Assembly (NCBI GenBank): GCA_016860985.1
Contig: BOKM01000001.1
Span: forward strand, 317,716-381,715
DNA from: Patescibacteria group bacterium
Lineage (GTDB): Bacteria > Patescibacteriota > Dojkabacteria > GCA-002793355
Direction: 5' to 3'
DNA: 64,000 bases
Each line of letters begins with the position of its first letter. Positions within the stretch are counted from its first letter, which is position 1. Below, one piece after another: positions 46,770 through 58,320 of the stretch. The translations under genes were made by a program, and so were the position numbers. The notes under the pieces are model-generated. The model made no database searches, was not told the DNA's origin, and saw nothing but the letters and a program-made list of their open reading frames with translations.

Positions 46770-48242
46770 TTATTTGAACAACTGGCCGTATACACTATCA
46801 AACCTGATAGTTGCTGCGGTCGTGGTTTTTGGACCACCATCGAGCCCAGTATACCCTGCACTAAGCATGAACTTACCGTTCTCACCTAAAGTTTCTTCTG
46901 CAGCATCGCCGAGATCAATCCATGCAGAATCATCGTTTGCCGCTCGGTACATTGCACGATACTTGGTGTCAGTTCTCGCTAATCGCACATACACTTTATT
47001 TAATGTAATCGGTGCGCTTACCTTTTCAACTGCCTCGCCCTTTCGGTTCTTTACCACAAATACCAGTTTGGATTCAGTACCAGTAACAACCCAACGAACG
47101 GAGGCAGATTCCTTGTTCTGCGCATCGGCAGATACAAATGAGAGAGCTGCCCAACCGGTGCCTCTACCTGATACAACTGGTTTGAACATCGAGGCAACAA
47201 TGCCAAAGTTCTGCTCAACTCCGACTGTTGGAGAGTTTCTTACTACACGTGCATAAGATGTTTCTTTTGCTGTGTTCGTATCTGGTAATTTCATAACCAA
47301 ATTGTCGGCTTTTGTTTCGGTAATCGTTGAATCTTTTGATACAGCTTTTGTCCACTTCTTGGAAACAACTCCATTTGCAAAGGCATCGCTAAAGCTTGTT
47401 GCGACGGGAGACTCGTACTTTCCATCTTCCCATCTGATTGATGCCATATCTACGCGGCTAACTGCTAATGGATACTTGTCTTTTTCAATGCCATTGTTGG
47501 TGTAGATAATCAAATTTCCAGATTTTCCGAGCCCTTTGTTACAATTATCTAACTTGTCACAGAGACCAAGTTGCTGCCAGGGAGTGTCTCCCGACGTGTC
47601 CGTACCATTCTTGAAATATGCATCGTAGGTATTATCAACGCGTCTTAGCTTTAAGACAGCTGCTTTGGTAGAAATCTTTTGTGTTTTGGTAATTCTTCGC
47701 TTACCCGTTGAGTCGTTTACAAAGAAAACAATTCTATCTTCTGTTGTTGAACCACCGGTAACTTCCCAGAATAAGCCTGCGGTTTCATCATTTTCTGTGC
47801 CAGCTGAGCGGAATTGAAGCCCTGTACGAGCGCTACCTTCTCCAGTTACTGTTGGACGATATAATACGATTTCAAAGGCAAAATCGGCAAGATTTGCAAG
47901 CGTGGGCTTATATTTTAGTCCTGCCCAAGAACTTTCTTTATCTTTTGGCAACGTAATTCGAAGATTATCTGTTGAAGTAGCGGCGAATACTATTTTTGCT
48001 GAATCTCCTTTTGTAACTTTCATCGTTTCCCAAATAGTTGAATCGATTTCTCCTTCATTAAAACGATCAAGCACTCGTCGTGTGATTTTTGGTGTAAGCG
48101 ACGCAGCTTGAGGGTTAATAATATTGAAACCAGAAACTGTCGCAATCATAGCGGAAAGCGCAACGACCGCAACAAGGCTTACTCCTAACAATACTGCATT
48201 CTTAGGAAGTAGCTTTACCTTAGAGGATTTTAAAGCTGACAC
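46770..48242 (-). CDS. membrane-anchored secreted protein with two tandem homologous beta-sandwich (lectin/LamG-like) domains
   Basis: N-terminal TM. Internal duplication: TGLQFRSAG...IVFFVNDSTGKRR...LKLRRVDNTYDAYFKNG versus WAALSFVSAD...LVFVVKNRKGEAV...VYVRLARTDTKYRAMYRAAND. Confidence 0.45.
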   Translation of the reverse strand: MSALKSSKVKLLPKNAVLLGVSLVAVVALSAMIATVSGFNIINPQAASLTPKITRRVLDRFNEGEIDSTIWETMKVTKGDSAKIVFAATSTDNLRITLPKDKESSWAGLKYKPTLANLADFAFEIVLYRPTVTGEGSARTGLQFRSAGTENDETAGLFWEVTGGSTTEDRIVFFVNDSTGKRRITKTQKISTKAAVLKLRRVDNTYDAYFKNGTDTSGDTPWQQLGLCDKLDNCNKGLGKSGNLIIYTNNGIEKDKYPLAVSRVDMASIRWEDGKYESPVATSFSDAFANGVVSKKWTKAVSKDSTITETKADNLVMKLPDTNTAKETSYARVVRNSPTVGVEQNFGIVASMFKPVVSGRGTGWAALSFVSADAQNKESASVRWVVTGTESKLVFVVKNRKGEAVEKVSAPITLNKVYVRLARTDTKYRAMYRAANDDSAWIDLGDAAEETLGENGKFMLSAGYTGLDGGPKTTTAATIRFDSVYGQLFK

Positions 48243-48307
48243 ATGGGCAAATGTGAAATTATTGTGAACAGCGTACTATTTTTTGAAACGGCAGTCAAGA
48301 ATTTTTT

Positions 48308-48904
48308 CTAAAGATAGTCAATAATCATCCTAGACCAATATGTGAGCTCATCTCGATGTTCCTTCAAATACTCTATCGTCATCCAACCAACAGTCTCTAA
48401 ACCTTCTTCCCTAACTTTGGCCGAATTATTACTAACTTCAAATACATACACGACACCGACATGAACACTGTTTACAGGATTATCATCGAGATAGATTACC
48501 CCTAGAAAGGTCTTTTTTATCACGTCAAAGTCTGTTGTCACCTCTTCACGCAATTCACGTTGCAGTGCTTGTTGGATACTGTCCTCTGTCGAATTTTTGT
48601 CGAGTTCAAACTCAGAAACATGACCCCCTAAAGGTAAAGGACATAATGAATTTAAGCGTTTTTCGTTTCTGTTCACTTGTTTGTGCAGGTAGTAAGTCTC
48701 GCCAAATTTTAATACGACTTGAGGGATGATTTGAAGGTATTCTCGGTTTTCTTCCAAATCTGCTCGCAGTTTGAATTCAGACTCAGTGAGCAACAACTTA
48801 TAAATCTCGTCAAGATTTTCCTGCTGAAAGCCTTCCCAAGAACCTGACCTAAAGAAAGTATCCTTTTTTATACACAAAATTTCTTTATCAAATTTTCCTG
48901 CCAT
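48308..48904 (-). CDS. NUDIX hydrolase
   Basis: Nudix box GGHVSEFELDKNSTEDSIQQALQRELREEV (Gx5Ex7REUxEE). Confidence 0.7.
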   Translation of the reverse strand: MAGKFDKEILCIKKDTFFRSGSWEGFQQENLDEIYKLLLTESEFKLRADLEENREYLQIIPQVVLKFGETYYLHKQVNRNEKRLNSLCPLPLGGHVSEFELDKNSTEDSIQQALQRELREEVTTDFDVIKKTFLGVIYLDDNPVNSVHVGVVYVFEVSNNSAKVREEGLETVGWMTIEYLKEHRDELTYWSRMIIDYL

Positions 48905-48943
48905 CAGGAAGTTTAAACAATATGTTACTTAATTGCAAAAGTT

Positions 48944-49381
48944 CTAACCTTTTAGATCTCCTCGTAATTCTGCAGTATCTTCAGACTCACCTTTATGACG
49001 TCTCGTAACACCAGTAACACGTATGGTGTCACCTGAACATTCTATATATGACCCCTCATCAACATTCAACTCTCTTTCAAACACCTCTTTTTGCTTATCT
49101 CTCCATGCCTCTAAAAAGGCATCTTCTGATTCAAACGTTTGCGGAAAGTTATAAGAATCGCGAAGGTGGAGCCACTGGTTATGTGGTGATATGGCAATAC
49201 AAAGTGGCCGAGTTCTTATCTGGCGGTTCACAAAATAGTTTCGGGACACTCTTGCATCACGCTTTAAATCAAACATCACAGAAGATTCGTCTTCAGCAGA
49301 AACTAAAATTTCCGTCAAAGTGAGATACTTTTCAACGGTACCAGTTTGTTCGTGTAATACAAGAACAGAAAATTTTGCCAT
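48944..49381 (-). CDS. hypothetical protein
   Basis: 145-aa ORF; no motif. Confidence 0.35.
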   Translation of the reverse strand: MAKFSVLVLHEQTGTVEKYLTLTEILVSAEDESSVMFDLKRDARVSRNYFVNRQIRTRPLCIAISPHNQWLHLRDSYNFPQTFESEDAFLEAWRDKQKEVFERELNVDEGSYIECSGDTIRVTGVTRRHKGESEDTAELRGDLKG

Positions 49382-49403
49382 ACAAATTTGAACTGTTAAT
49401 CAA

Positions 49404-50069
49404 CTAGGCTGCTGCTTCTGCACCTTCTGCTGGAGCTGCTTCTGCACCTTCTGCTGTTGCTGTAGTATCGGTTCTTAAGAATGCTTCAACCTTTTGGAGT
49501 GGTCTGATGGTTACAACAGTGAGTGTTCGGTCTTTCTCACTTGCGAGTTTGATTTTCTCAATTCCAGGAAGTTCAGAAACAAGTACGCGAGCACCAACAT
49601 CTGTAAGCTTCGAAATATCAATAACGATCTTTGAAACGATATTTTCACTGTTTGCAGTAATTCGAAGCTCTGGAAGGTTGGTAATAAGAACACCAAGGTT
49701 GTTCTTTACAGCTGGCGAGACACCTTCGGTTACAATTGGAACTCGTACGGTTACGTGGCTCTTTGGTGTAAGCTCTGTGAGTGAGAAGGCTTCTACTTTA
49801 TTGTTGAGTGGGTTCACATACAATTCTGAAACGACAGTTGTGTAAGAATCTTTCTCGTCAACAATAAGTTTGATTACTTCTGATCCAGGTGCTTTTACCA
49901 AAGCGAGCAATGCTGTTTGATCTGCCTGTACCAATACTGTGTCTGCACCACTTCTGCTAACACTACCTGGGGCAATACTCTGAGCGAGTAACCCTCTGTT
50001 GCTTTTTCCGAGTACAGTTCTTGTTTGTGCTTTAAGTTCAATCATAATGTTTCTTCGTAGGTTTACCAC
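49404..50069 (-). CDS. rplY: 50S ribosomal protein L25 / general stress protein Ctc, with Ala/Glu-rich C-terminal tail
   Basis: N-terminal LKAQTRTVLGKSNRGLL, central beta-barrel, VIDISKLTDVGARVLVSELPGIEKIK typical of L25/Ctc. Confidence 0.6.
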   Translation of the reverse strand: MVNLRRNIMIELKAQTRTVLGKSNRGLLAQSIAPGSVSRSGADTVLVQADQTALLALVKAPGSEVIKLIVDEKDSYTTVVSELYVNPLNNKVEAFSLTELTPKSHVTVRVPIVTEGVSPAVKNNLGVLITNLPELRITANSENIVSKIVIDISKLTDVGARVLVSELPGIEKIKLASEKDRTLTVVTIRPLQKVEAFLRTDTTATAEGAEAAPAEGAEAAA

Positions 50070-50533
50070 TTAAATTGTGCAAAGGCTTTGTTTGCTTCTG
50101 CCATCTTTTCTACCATTTCACGCTTCTTAACTGCTGCACCTTCATTCTTGTAGCCAGCAATAAGCTCTTCTGCCAAGAATTTGTGAACAGGCTTTCCCTG
50201 CTTTTCTCGAACAACAGTAACAATCCACTTCAATGCAAGTGCAAGACCTCTGTGTTCGGTTACTGGAACAGGTACCTGATAGTTTGCACCACCGATACGT
50301 CGTGTTCTGACTTCGAGCTTTGGCATTACGTTTGCAATAACTTGGTCAATAAGATCTTTTACTTCAATCTTTAATGTTCCAGCTGCTGATTCTAGCGCTT
50401 CATACACAATCTTTGTTGAAGTTGCCTTTTGACCATCTTGCATCATGTAATTGATGAATTTGGTAACAGTTGCAGAACCGTACTTTGGATCTGGTTGGGC
50501 TTTTCTTGCGAGTGATACTTTCTTTCCTCTCAT
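50063..50533 (-). CDS. rpsG: 30S ribosomal protein S7
   Basis: MRGKKVSLARKAQPDPKYGS...FINYMMQDGQKATS. Confidence 0.95.
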   Translation of the reverse strand: MRGKKVSLARKAQPDPKYGSATVTKFINYMMQDGQKATSTKIVYEALESAAGTLKIEVKDLIDQVIANVMPKLEVRTRRIGGANYQVPVPVTEHRGLALALKWIVTVVREKQGKPVHKFLAEELIAGYKNEGAAVKKREMVEKMAEANKAFAQFKW

Positions 50534-50548
50534 ATTCTCTTCAATAAA

Positions 50549-50971
50549 CTAAGATTCTGCTCTGTCTGATTTTTTACCGTAGAGTGATCGGCCTTGCTTT
50601 CGGTCCTTTACGCCTTGAGTATCAAAGGTACCACGTACGATTGTGTACTTAACACCTGGCAAGTCAGGCCTTCTTCCGCCTCTAATCATAACGACAGAGT
50701 GTTCCTGAAGGTTGTGACCTTCTCCCGGAATATAAGCAATGACACGCGCACCATTTGAAAGACGAATCTTTGCAACTTTTCGTTGCGCTGAGTTTGGCTT
50801 TCTTGGCGTCTGAATGTACACCTTAAGACAAACACCCTTTTTAAAAGGTGCCTTTGTTTTAACAACTTTATTTTCAAGTTTGTTAAACGAGAACGCCAGG
50901 GCTGGACGCTTAGATTTTTTAACGCGCTTCTGGGATCGACCCTTTCGCACGAGTTGGTTAATTGTTGGCAT
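50549..50971 (-). CDS. rpsL: 30S ribosomal protein S12
   Basis: [12 protein letters not shown]...PKKPNSA; start overlaps the rpoC stop by 1 nt (TAATG). Confidence 0.95.
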   Translation of the reverse strand: MPTINQLVRKGRSQKRVKKSKRPALAFSFNKLENKVVKTKAPFKKGVCLKVYIQTPRKPNSAQRKVAKIRLSNGARVIAYIPGEGHNLQEHSVVMIRGGRRPDLPGVKYTIVRGTFDTQGVKDRKQGRSLYGKKSDRAES

Positions 50972-53900
50972 TAGACCGATAGTTCTTCAAGCTTATCTAT
51001 CTCGCTGATTATAGCCCTTTTTCCCACTGGAATCAAGCGACCGATAATGACATTCTCCTTCAAACCACGGAGGAAGTCAGTTCGACCGACAACTGCAGCT
51101 TCAGAAAGGACCTTTACCTGTTCCTGGAACGACATCGCAGCGAGGATACTTTCTGCGTTCAAGGAAATGACGGTAACACCGAGCAATCTGGTGACATACG
51201 TCATCGGTTTCTTCTCTTGCTTTTCTAATTGCTCATTATGGAAGTCAGCCAAGAATCGGTTTACAAAGGTACCTCTTGTGTACCCTGTGCCACCTGCATC
51301 CACAATCTTTGCAAGTTTTGTCATTTGACGGGTAATAATTTCAAGATGAATATCTCGAAGGTTTACTCCATAGTCAAGGAAGACTCTCTGACACTCGTCG
51401 AGCACATATTTTTGTGCTGCGTAGAGGCCTTTGTAGTCTGACAATACCTTTGGATCAACGCTTCCACTCGTCAATTGCTGACCTCTTTCGACCGTATCTC
51501 CGTCGTGTACTAACACTTCGCCGTAAGATGGGATTGTAAGTGTTTCTTGCGCTTTTGTTGACCCAACCACATAAATGGCATTACCATTGATTTGGATTTC
51601 TCCATCAAATGGCGATTTAACTTCTTTGCCATTACTCATGGTAAAGATAACATCACCAAGTGATACTTCTTTTTTATCTTCTACATGCACTGTGTCATTC
51701 TCTTGCACAACGTACCCTTTTTTCTGTTGACGTTCACCGGCGATAATAATGTTCTTTTCGGTTACTTGTACTTTTCCAGAGATTGAAGCAAGAAGTGCGG
51801 GGAACTTTGGTTCACGTGCTTCGATGAGCTCAACAATACGTGGAATACCCGACGTAATGTCAGAACCTACACCACCTGCGTGGAAGGTTCGGAGCGTCAT
51901 CTGTGTCATAGGCTCAGAAATTGACTGAGCTGCGATAACACCGACCGCTTTTCCGAGTTCAACTGTTTTATAAAGTCCGAAGTCGTAGCCGTAACATTTT
52001 GCACACATGCCGACTGGTGCTTTACAAAGCATTGGTGATCGAACCCACACCTCGTTAACCTTTGCATCTTCGATTTCTTTTGCAAGTTCAACAGTAATCA
52101 ATTCGCCTGTTTTTGCAAGTACAGTCTTCTTTTTATCATCTGCAACGACATCTTGTGTTAAGAATCGACCACTAATTCGCTTTTCAAACGACATGTCTCG
52201 AATATCTGAGCGGCTGATAACATGACCGTGCCCTTCGTAACCACAATCTTCCATTCTGACGATTACATCTTGCGATACATCGGTAAGCTTACGAGTCATA
52301 TACCCTGATTGTGCTGTTTTAAGCGCAGTATCGACTGCACCTTTACGAGCTCCACGTGCAGAAACAAAGTACTCATAGGAGTTCAAACCTTCTGCGTAGT
52401 TACCCAAAATTGGGAACTGAACATAGTTACCCATAGGATCAGTAACAACACCCTGCATGGCGAGGATCTGCGCTGCCTGAGATTTGTCTCCGTTTGCACC
52501 TGCAGTAACCTGCAACTTAAGTGGGTTTTCGTCTTTCAATTCTGACCACACCAAGTTGGAGAGTCTTTCTGTTACATCTTTCCAGAGTTTAACAACTGCT
52601 CTTCCCTTTTCTTTTGCATCCAACATACCCATAAGGTATTGTTCTTGAATTGCGAGTTCTTTGTCCTTTCCTTCATCGATGATTGCTTTCTTCTCTTTAG
52701 AGGTTACAAGGTCAGTTTTTGACATGGTAAAGCCGGAGAGAGTTGCGTATTTGAAGGCAAGTCGCTTTGCTTCGTCAAGGAATTCAATTGCCTCTTCGAG
52801 TGTGTGAGAGATAACAATTTCTTGCAAGATATTGTTTCCTGCTTTCTTTGTCATAATCTCGTTTACAAAGCGGAAGTCTTTTGGTAGCAATTCGTTGAAG
52901 ATCAATCGACCAGCGCTGGTTACAACGGTGCCAATCTTTTCGTCAATAAAGACTCTGACTGGTTGTCGTAACTCGAGTTCTCCCATGTAGTGAGCGCGGA
53001 TTGCATCGTATCGAGTTGCGTACACTGGGTAATCTGTCTCGTTTTCTTTTTCGAGTTCAACATCAAAGCTTGTAAGGTTGTACAACCCAAGTACCATGTC
53101 CTTAGCAAAGGAGATGATTGGTGTACCGTCTGCAACCTTAAGCAAGTTATAACGTGACAACATCTTGTCTTTTGTTTCTTCCAAGGCTTCATTGCTGAGT
53201 ACCAAGAAGACTGACATCTGGTCACCGTCGAAGTCTGCGTTATAGCCAGGGCCAACCAACTGGTTAATACGGATTGCGCTTCCTTCTACCAAGATTGGTT
53301 TAAAGGCTTGAATGTTGTATTTGTGAAGCGTTGGAGGTCGGTTCAAAAGTACTGTTCGAGTACTGATGACTTCTTCGAGAATATCCCACAAACGGCTGTC
53401 ATATGCCTCGATAAGGTCTTTTGCTTCTTTGATAGTTGCTGCAATACCCTTTGCAATCATTTTGTGAACAACAAATGGTTTGAACATCTCTAAAGCCAAA
53501 AGTTTCGGAAGACCACACTGCTCAAGCGACATGTTTGTATCTGGAATAATAACGGCACGACCAGAGTAGTCGACACGCTTTCCAAGCAAGTTTCTTCGGA
53601 ATCGACCTTTTTTACCACGAAGCCCTTCTGTAAGTGACTTATAAGGAATGCCCATTCGGTTAAGAACTGGCTTGTTAAAGCGGTGCTGGTTATCAATCAA
53701 CGCATCAAACGCTTCTTGAAGCATTCGCTTTTCGTTTCGGAGGATAATATCTGGTGCACCAATTTCCATCAATTCTTTCAAACGATTGTTTCGGTTAATG
53801 ACACGTCGGTACAAATCGTTTACGTCAGAGATTGCAAAACGACCACCGGCTAACGCGACGATTGGTCGAAGATCTGCAGGAAGAACGGGAACAACTTTAA

Positions 53901-54849
53901 GAACTAGCCACTGTGGGTTAAGACCGTTTCGAAGGAAGCCTTCGACAAGTTTTAGTCTTCGCTCAACCTGAATTCGTGCTGCACCTTTTGTGGTGTTGTA
54001 CAAATCTTCGAGTTGCTGCTTTAACGCGGCAAGGTCAAGGTCTCCGAGTAATTTCTCGATTGCTTCTGCACCCATTCCAACCGTAAAGAATTTGGTTCCG
54101 AGTTGGATAAGTTCTCGATAGCTCTCTTCAGACACTACTGATTTGTAGTGTAATTCTTGAACTGAAACTTTGAGCGCTTCGTATTTCTTGGTGATTTCAT
54201 CTTTTGCATCAACAACTTCCTTTTTGAGAAGTGCATTCTGCTTTGAAATCATGTCTGCATCTTTTTCGAGTTCTGCTCTATCTGCATCTGCGAGTTTTTT
54301 ACTCTCAAGTTTCTTACGTGCATCTGCAAGTTTTGCACCAAGCTCTTGAAGACGTGTTGCGTATTCGTTATCAACTCGCTCAAGTTCTGACTTAAGAATT
54401 TCTTCAACCTCTTTAAGGGCTGCTTCTTGCTTTTCTCGATCAATTTCGGTGACGACATAACGAATGTAGTAAATGACAGAAACAAGCTTCTTTGAAGGAA
54501 TGTTCAAGAGGATTGCAAGTTTTGCTGGAACACCGTAGGCATACCACACGTGAACGACTGGAACGGCGAGCTTAATATGCCCCATTCTTTCTCGGCGGAC
54601 TTTCGCTGGTGCGATTTCAACACCACACTTGTCACATACAATACCCTTATACTTCTTCTTTCTGTACTTTCCACAGTAACACTCGTAATCTTTGATTGGA
54701 CCAAAGATTCTTTCACACATTAACCCACCTGGTTCTGCTTTTAAACTTCGGTAGTTAATTGTTTCTGCGGTTTGGACTTCACCGTATGACCAGGAGAGCA
54801 TATCTTCTGGTGACGCAAGAAGCAATTTAATTGCTGAAAAGTCTTGCAT
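50971..54849 (-). CDS. rpoC: DNA-directed RNA polymerase subunit beta'
   Basis: Zn-finger [20 protein letters not shown], catalytic NADFDGDQM, trigger-loop and jaw regions. 1292 aa. GGAGGAGGAG Shine-Dalgarno-like run upstream. Confidence 0.97.
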   Translation of the reverse strand: MQDFSAIKLLLASPEDMLSWSYGEVQTAETINYRSLKAEPGGLMCERIFGPIKDYECYCGKYRKKKYKGIVCDKCGVEIAPAKVRRERMGHIKLAVPVVHVWYAYGVPAKLAILLNIPSKKLVSVIYYIRYVVTEIDREKQEAALKEVEEILKSELERVDNEYATRLQELGAKLADARKKLESKKLADADRAELEKDADMISKQNALLKKEVVDAKDEITKKYEALKVSVQELHYKSVVSEESYRELIQLGTKFFTVGMGAEAIEKLLGDLDLAALKQQLEDLYNTTKGAARIQVERRLKLVEGFLRNGLNPQWLVLKVVPVLPADLRPIVALAGGRFAISDVNDLYRRVINRNNRLKELMEIGAPDIILRNEKRMLQEAFDALIDNQHRFNKPVLNRMGIPYKSLTEGLRGKKGRFRRNLLGKRVDYSGRAVIIPDTNMSLEQCGLPKLLALEMFKPFVVHKMIAKGIAATIKEAKDLIEAYDSRLWDILEEVISTRTVLLNRPPTLHKYNIQAFKPILVEGSAIRINQLVGPGYNADFDGDQMSVFLVLSNEALEETKDKMLSRYNLLKVADGTPIISFAKDMVLGLYNLTSFDVELEKENETDYPVYATRYDAIRAHYMGELELRQPVRVFIDEKIGTVVTSAGRLIFNELLPKDFRFVNEIMTKKAGNNILQEIVISHTLEEAIEFLDEAKRLAFKYATLSGFTMSKTDLVTSKEKKAIIDEGKDKELAIQEQYLMGMLDAKEKGRAVVKLWKDVTERLSNLVWSELKDENPLKLQVTAGANGDKSQAAQILAMQGVVTDPMGNYVQFPILGNYAEGLNSYEYFVSARGARKGAVDTALKTAQSGYMTRKLTDVSQDVIVRMEDCGYEGHGHVISRSDIRDMSFEKRISGRFLTQDVVADDKKKTVLAKTGELITVELAKEIEDAKVNEVWVRSPMLCKAPVGMCAKCYGYDFGLYKTVELGKAVGVIAAQSISEPMTQMTLRTFHAGGVGSDITSGIPRIVELIEAREPKFPALLASISGKVQVTEKNIIIAGERQQKKGYVVQENDTVHVEDKKEVSLGDVIFTMSNGKEVKSPFDGEIQINGNAIYVVGSTKAQETLTIPSYGEVLVHDGDTVERGQQLTSGSVDPKVLSDYKGLYAAQKYVLDECQRVFLDYGVNLRDIHLEIITRQMTKLAKIVDAGGTGYTRGTFVNRFLADFHNEQLEKQEKKPMTYVTRLLGVTVISLNAESILAAMSFQEQVKVLSEAAVVGRTDFLRGLKENVIIGRLIPVGKRAIISEIDKLEELSV

Positions 54850-54851
54850 GT

Positions 54852-57800
54852 TTACTCCTCCTCCTTCATGTTAACTTCTTCTTCAGGCAACTCGTCTGCT
54901 ACGAGTACTTCCTTGTTTTCTGACATTGGAACATCATCGTCGTCTGCTTGCGCATCTTCTCGAATCAATTCTTCTGCAGCTTCTTCTCGTTCTCCTTTTA
55001 AGAGTTCGACTTTAATACCAAGAGAATTCAATTCTTTAACCAAGACATGGAACGACTCAGGAATATTGACCATCTTGATTGGATCTCCTTGAATGATGGA
55101 CTTGTAAGCTTGGGTTCTTCCTCGAATATCGTCTGACTTAATAGTCAAGATTTCTTGCAAGGTATAAGGAACTCCGTGTGCTTGCAATGCCCATACTTCC
55201 ATTTCTCCGAATCGCATACCACCGAGTTGAGCTTTACCACCAACTGGTTGTTGTGTGACAACAGAGTAAGGTCCTGTAGATCGTGCGTGCATCTTGTCTG
55301 CTGCAATGTGCTTTAAGCGGATGAAGTATCGCCAACCGACTGCAACTTTGTTTTGCAATGGTTCGCCAGTTCGTCCGTCGTAAAGAACCTGCTTTTCTAA
55401 TTTTTCGACACCAACCTTTTCGAGCAATTTTTCAAATTGCTCTTCGTCTAAATCTTCAAAGTTTGGAACTTCGAGCATTTCGCCTGCTTCCTTTGCAAGT
55501 GTTGAGTAGTACATTTGGTACAAAATACCCATGTTCATACGCTTAACCAACAACGGAGTCATAACGACATCTACAGGTGTACCATCGGCCAAGTACGGCA
55601 TATCTTCGACTGGAAGAATTGCAGATACTGTACCTTTGTCTCCATAGAATCCGGAGAATTTATCACCGTAGTCTACTCGCTTAAGCTCAGAAACCCATAC
55701 TTTAACTCTTCTCAATACGCCAGCTGGAAGTTTATACCCATCTTCTCGTGAGAGAATCTGTGTTTTTACGACAATACCTTCTGAGCCGTATGGCATTCGA
55801 AGTGAGTTATTCTTAACTTCTTTTGCTGATTCACCGAAGACAGCGTGTAAGAGTGCTTCTTCTGGAGAAAGCTGCTTTTCCGCTTTTTGCGAGATAATAC
55901 CTGCCAAAATGTCTCCACCTCGAGCAACGCTACCCGTTCGAACAATACCATCTGCGGTAAGGTTTCGAAGGAGTTTGTAGTTCAAACCTGGAATGTCTGA
56001 GGTAAGAATTTCTGGACCGGTTTTTGTCTCTCGAAGATCTTGCGTGTAAAGTTTCAATTGCACTGTGCTGAACATATCGTTTTGGATCATTCGCTCAGAT
56101 ACGACGAAACCGTCATCGTAGTTATAACCTTCGTAGGAGAGAACTGCGACCAATACGTTTCTACCAAGAGAAAGTTCACCTTGATCCATGCTTGGACCAT
56201 CGACCAGAAGGTCACCTTTTGTTACTTTTTCTCCAGGGCTTACCAATACTTTTTGAGTCATGACCGTGTTATCGTTGGTTCTAAAGAAGTTCTGTAATCG
56301 ATACTCCTTCTTTTCACCGTCTTTGTACTTCACAATCACATAGTTCGCGTCTGCATATTCAACAACACCATCGTGCTCTGCATATAATGCCATACCACTT
56401 TGTCGAGCAATTTCTTTTTCGACACCGGTTGCGACATATGGCGCCTCTGGGAATACCAATGGAAGCGCCTGCCTCTGCATGTTGCTACCCATCATTGTAC
56501 GGTATGAGTTGGTTCTATCTGCGAATGGAATAAGTGCCAAACCAAGTGAACCAATCTGCCAACCGTGAACATCTACATACTGAATTTTTTCTGAAGACTC
56601 TAAATGATAATCACCATCGTGTCGCGCAGTGATGATACCTGGCAAGTAGTTGCCGTACTCATCGTGTGGCGCACTATACATTGCGATGTATTTACCCTTT
56701 TCGTCGTGATAGCTAAAGTATTCAACTTCGTCGGTAAGGAATGGATACACTGCGATTACTTCATTCTTTGCCTTTGCAATTTCTTTTGCTATTTTTTCAT
56801 CGATAAAGGTACCTTTTGCAATTGTTTTCTTTCCGATTTCTAGATCTTCTCTCAAAATCTTATTGATCAATGCTTTTTCGGTGTTCTTTACTTCACTCTG
56901 TACTTTTCTAAACGGAGCTTCGATAAAACCATATTTGTTTAATCGTGCATATACAGAGAAGTGAGTGACCAAACCTGCGTTAATACCTTCTGGTGATGTA
57001 ACAGGACAAATTCGTGAATAGTGTGAAAAGTGAACGTCACGAACTGAAAAGCCTGCGTTCTTTGTTTGAAGACCACCTGGACCCTTTGCGGTTAATCGTC
57101 GGAGTTCTTCGATTTGACCGAAGATATTTTGCTGTTCCATGAATTTTGACAACTGAGACATGCTGAAGAAAGACTCCAACTGTGCAGAGATTGTCTTTGT
57201 ATTCATAAGGCTCGCCGGCATGACACCCTTTTCGTTTCCTAGTCGGCTCATACGATCCTTCACATTTCTTTCAAAACGAGTCATTGCATCGTTTGCAACC
57301 TCGAAAAGAATTTCACCAACACTCTTTACGCGTCGGTTCATCAAGCTATCGACATCGTCTACTGATGCCTTTCCTTCGTTTACTAATACAAGTTGTCGAA
57401 GAATTGCAATAAGGTCTTTCGTGTAGAGTTTTGGCTTCTTAAAGCTTGAGCCGAGTTTTTGATTCAATTGATAACGACCGACTGGACCGAGCGAGAATCG
57501 TCGTGAATCAAAGAAGAATCCTCTAACGTAACGGTTTGCGCGATCATAGGTTGCAACTTCGTTTGGACGAAGTTTTGCATAAATATCCATGACTGCTTCT
57601 TCTTTTGTTGTCGTGCGATCGTGTTCGAGCGTTTGTTTAATATACTTACCATTTGGATCAACATTCTTGAACAAATCGATAATTTGCTGATTGCTATAAC
57701 CCTTTAAGGCTCGAAGTAAGGTGGTTACTAGAATCTTTACACGCTGTCGGATAAGTCGAATAGTGACAACATTCTTCTTGTTAACGTCGAATAAATACCA

Positions 57801-58301
57801 TGCACCGCGTGCTGGGATTAATCGTGCAACGACTTTATTAACTTCACCTGCGGAGACCAATAATGGATTTTTCTCTTCTTGGAAAATGACACCTTCTGAT
57901 CGGACCATTTGATGTCGAACTGTACGAACAACACCGTTAATAACAAAGTGCCCTTGGTCGGTAAGAACAGGAACATCCATGAAGTAAACATCTTGGGTTT
58001 TGACTTCGTTGTCTTTAAGGTTGGTAAGTTTTGCCTTAACAAACATTGGTTTGCTATACGTAAGATCATATTCCAATGCCTCATTAAGTGTGACTTCTGG
58101 TTCTTTAAAATAGTAATCAAGAAGTTCCAGGCTCCACATCTTTTCAAGGCTATCCTTAATAGGACTTACCCCTGTAAGAAGTTGCTTAATACCTTCTTCT
58201 AAAAACCAATTGTAGGAGCGGTGATGTGCTTCGAAAAAGTCCGGGAATGAAAACTCGAACTTATTCTTTGCAAGGCTGAGTCTTTGTCGTACTTTTGCCA
58301 T
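54852..58301 (-). CDS. rpoB: DNA-directed RNA polymerase subunit beta
   Basis: Rifampicin-cluster region (GPGGL...), fork loop, C-terminal GQRFGEMEVWAL-type motif. 1149 aa. Confidence 0.97.
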   Translation of the reverse strand: MAKVRQRLSLAKNKFEFSFPDFFEAHHRSYNWFLEEGIKQLLTGVSPIKDSLEKMWSLELLDYYFKEPEVTLNEALEYDLTYSKPMFVKAKLTNLKDNEVKTQDVYFMDVPVLTDQGHFVINGVVRTVRHQMVRSEGVIFQEEKNPLLVSAGEVNKVVARLIPARGAWYLFDVNKKNVVTIRLIRQRVKILVTTLLRALKGYSNQQIIDLFKNVDPNGKYIKQTLEHDRTTTKEEAVMDIYAKLRPNEVATYDRANRYVRGFFFDSRRFSLGPVGRYQLNQKLGSSFKKPKLYTKDLIAILRQLVLVNEGKASVDDVDSLMNRRVKSVGEILFEVANDAMTRFERNVKDRMSRLGNEKGVMPASLMNTKTISAQLESFFSMSQLSKFMEQQNIFGQIEELRRLTAKGPGGLQTKNAGFSVRDVHFSHYSRICPVTSPEGINAGLVTHFSVYARLNKYGFIEAPFRKVQSEVKNTEKALINKILREDLEIGKKTIAKGTFIDEKIAKEIAKAKNEVIAVYPFLTDEVEYFSYHDEKGKYIAMYSAPHDEYGNYLPGIITARHDGDYHLESSEKIQYVDVHGWQIGSLGLALIPFADRTNSYRTMMGSNMQRQALPLVFPEAPYVATGVEKEIARQSGMALYAEHDGVVEYADANYVIVKYKDGEKKEYRLQNFFRTNDNTVMTQKVLVSPGEKVTKGDLLVDGPSMDQGELSLGRNVLVAVLSYEGYNYDDGFVVSERMIQNDMFSTVQLKLYTQDLRETKTGPEILTSDIPGLNYKLLRNLTADGIVRTGSVARGGDILAGIISQKAEKQLSPEEALLHAVFGESAKEVKNNSLRMPYGSEGIVVKTQILSREDGYKLPAGVLRRVKVWVSELKRVDYGDKFSGFYGDKGTVSAILPVEDMPYLADGTPVDVVMTPLLVKRMNMGILYQMYYSTLAKEAGEMLEVPNFEDLDEEQFEKLLEKVGVEKLEKQVLYDGRTGEPLQNKVAVGWRYFIRLKHIAADKMHARSTGPYSVVTQQPVGGKAQLGGMRFGEMEVWALQAHGVPYTLQEILTIKSDDIRGRTQAYKSIIQGDPIKMVNIPESFHVLVKELNSLGIKVELLKGEREEAAEELIREDAQADDDDVPMSENKEVLVADELPEEEVNMKEEE

Positions 58302-58320
58302 GACTTATTCTTGCGTCAAG

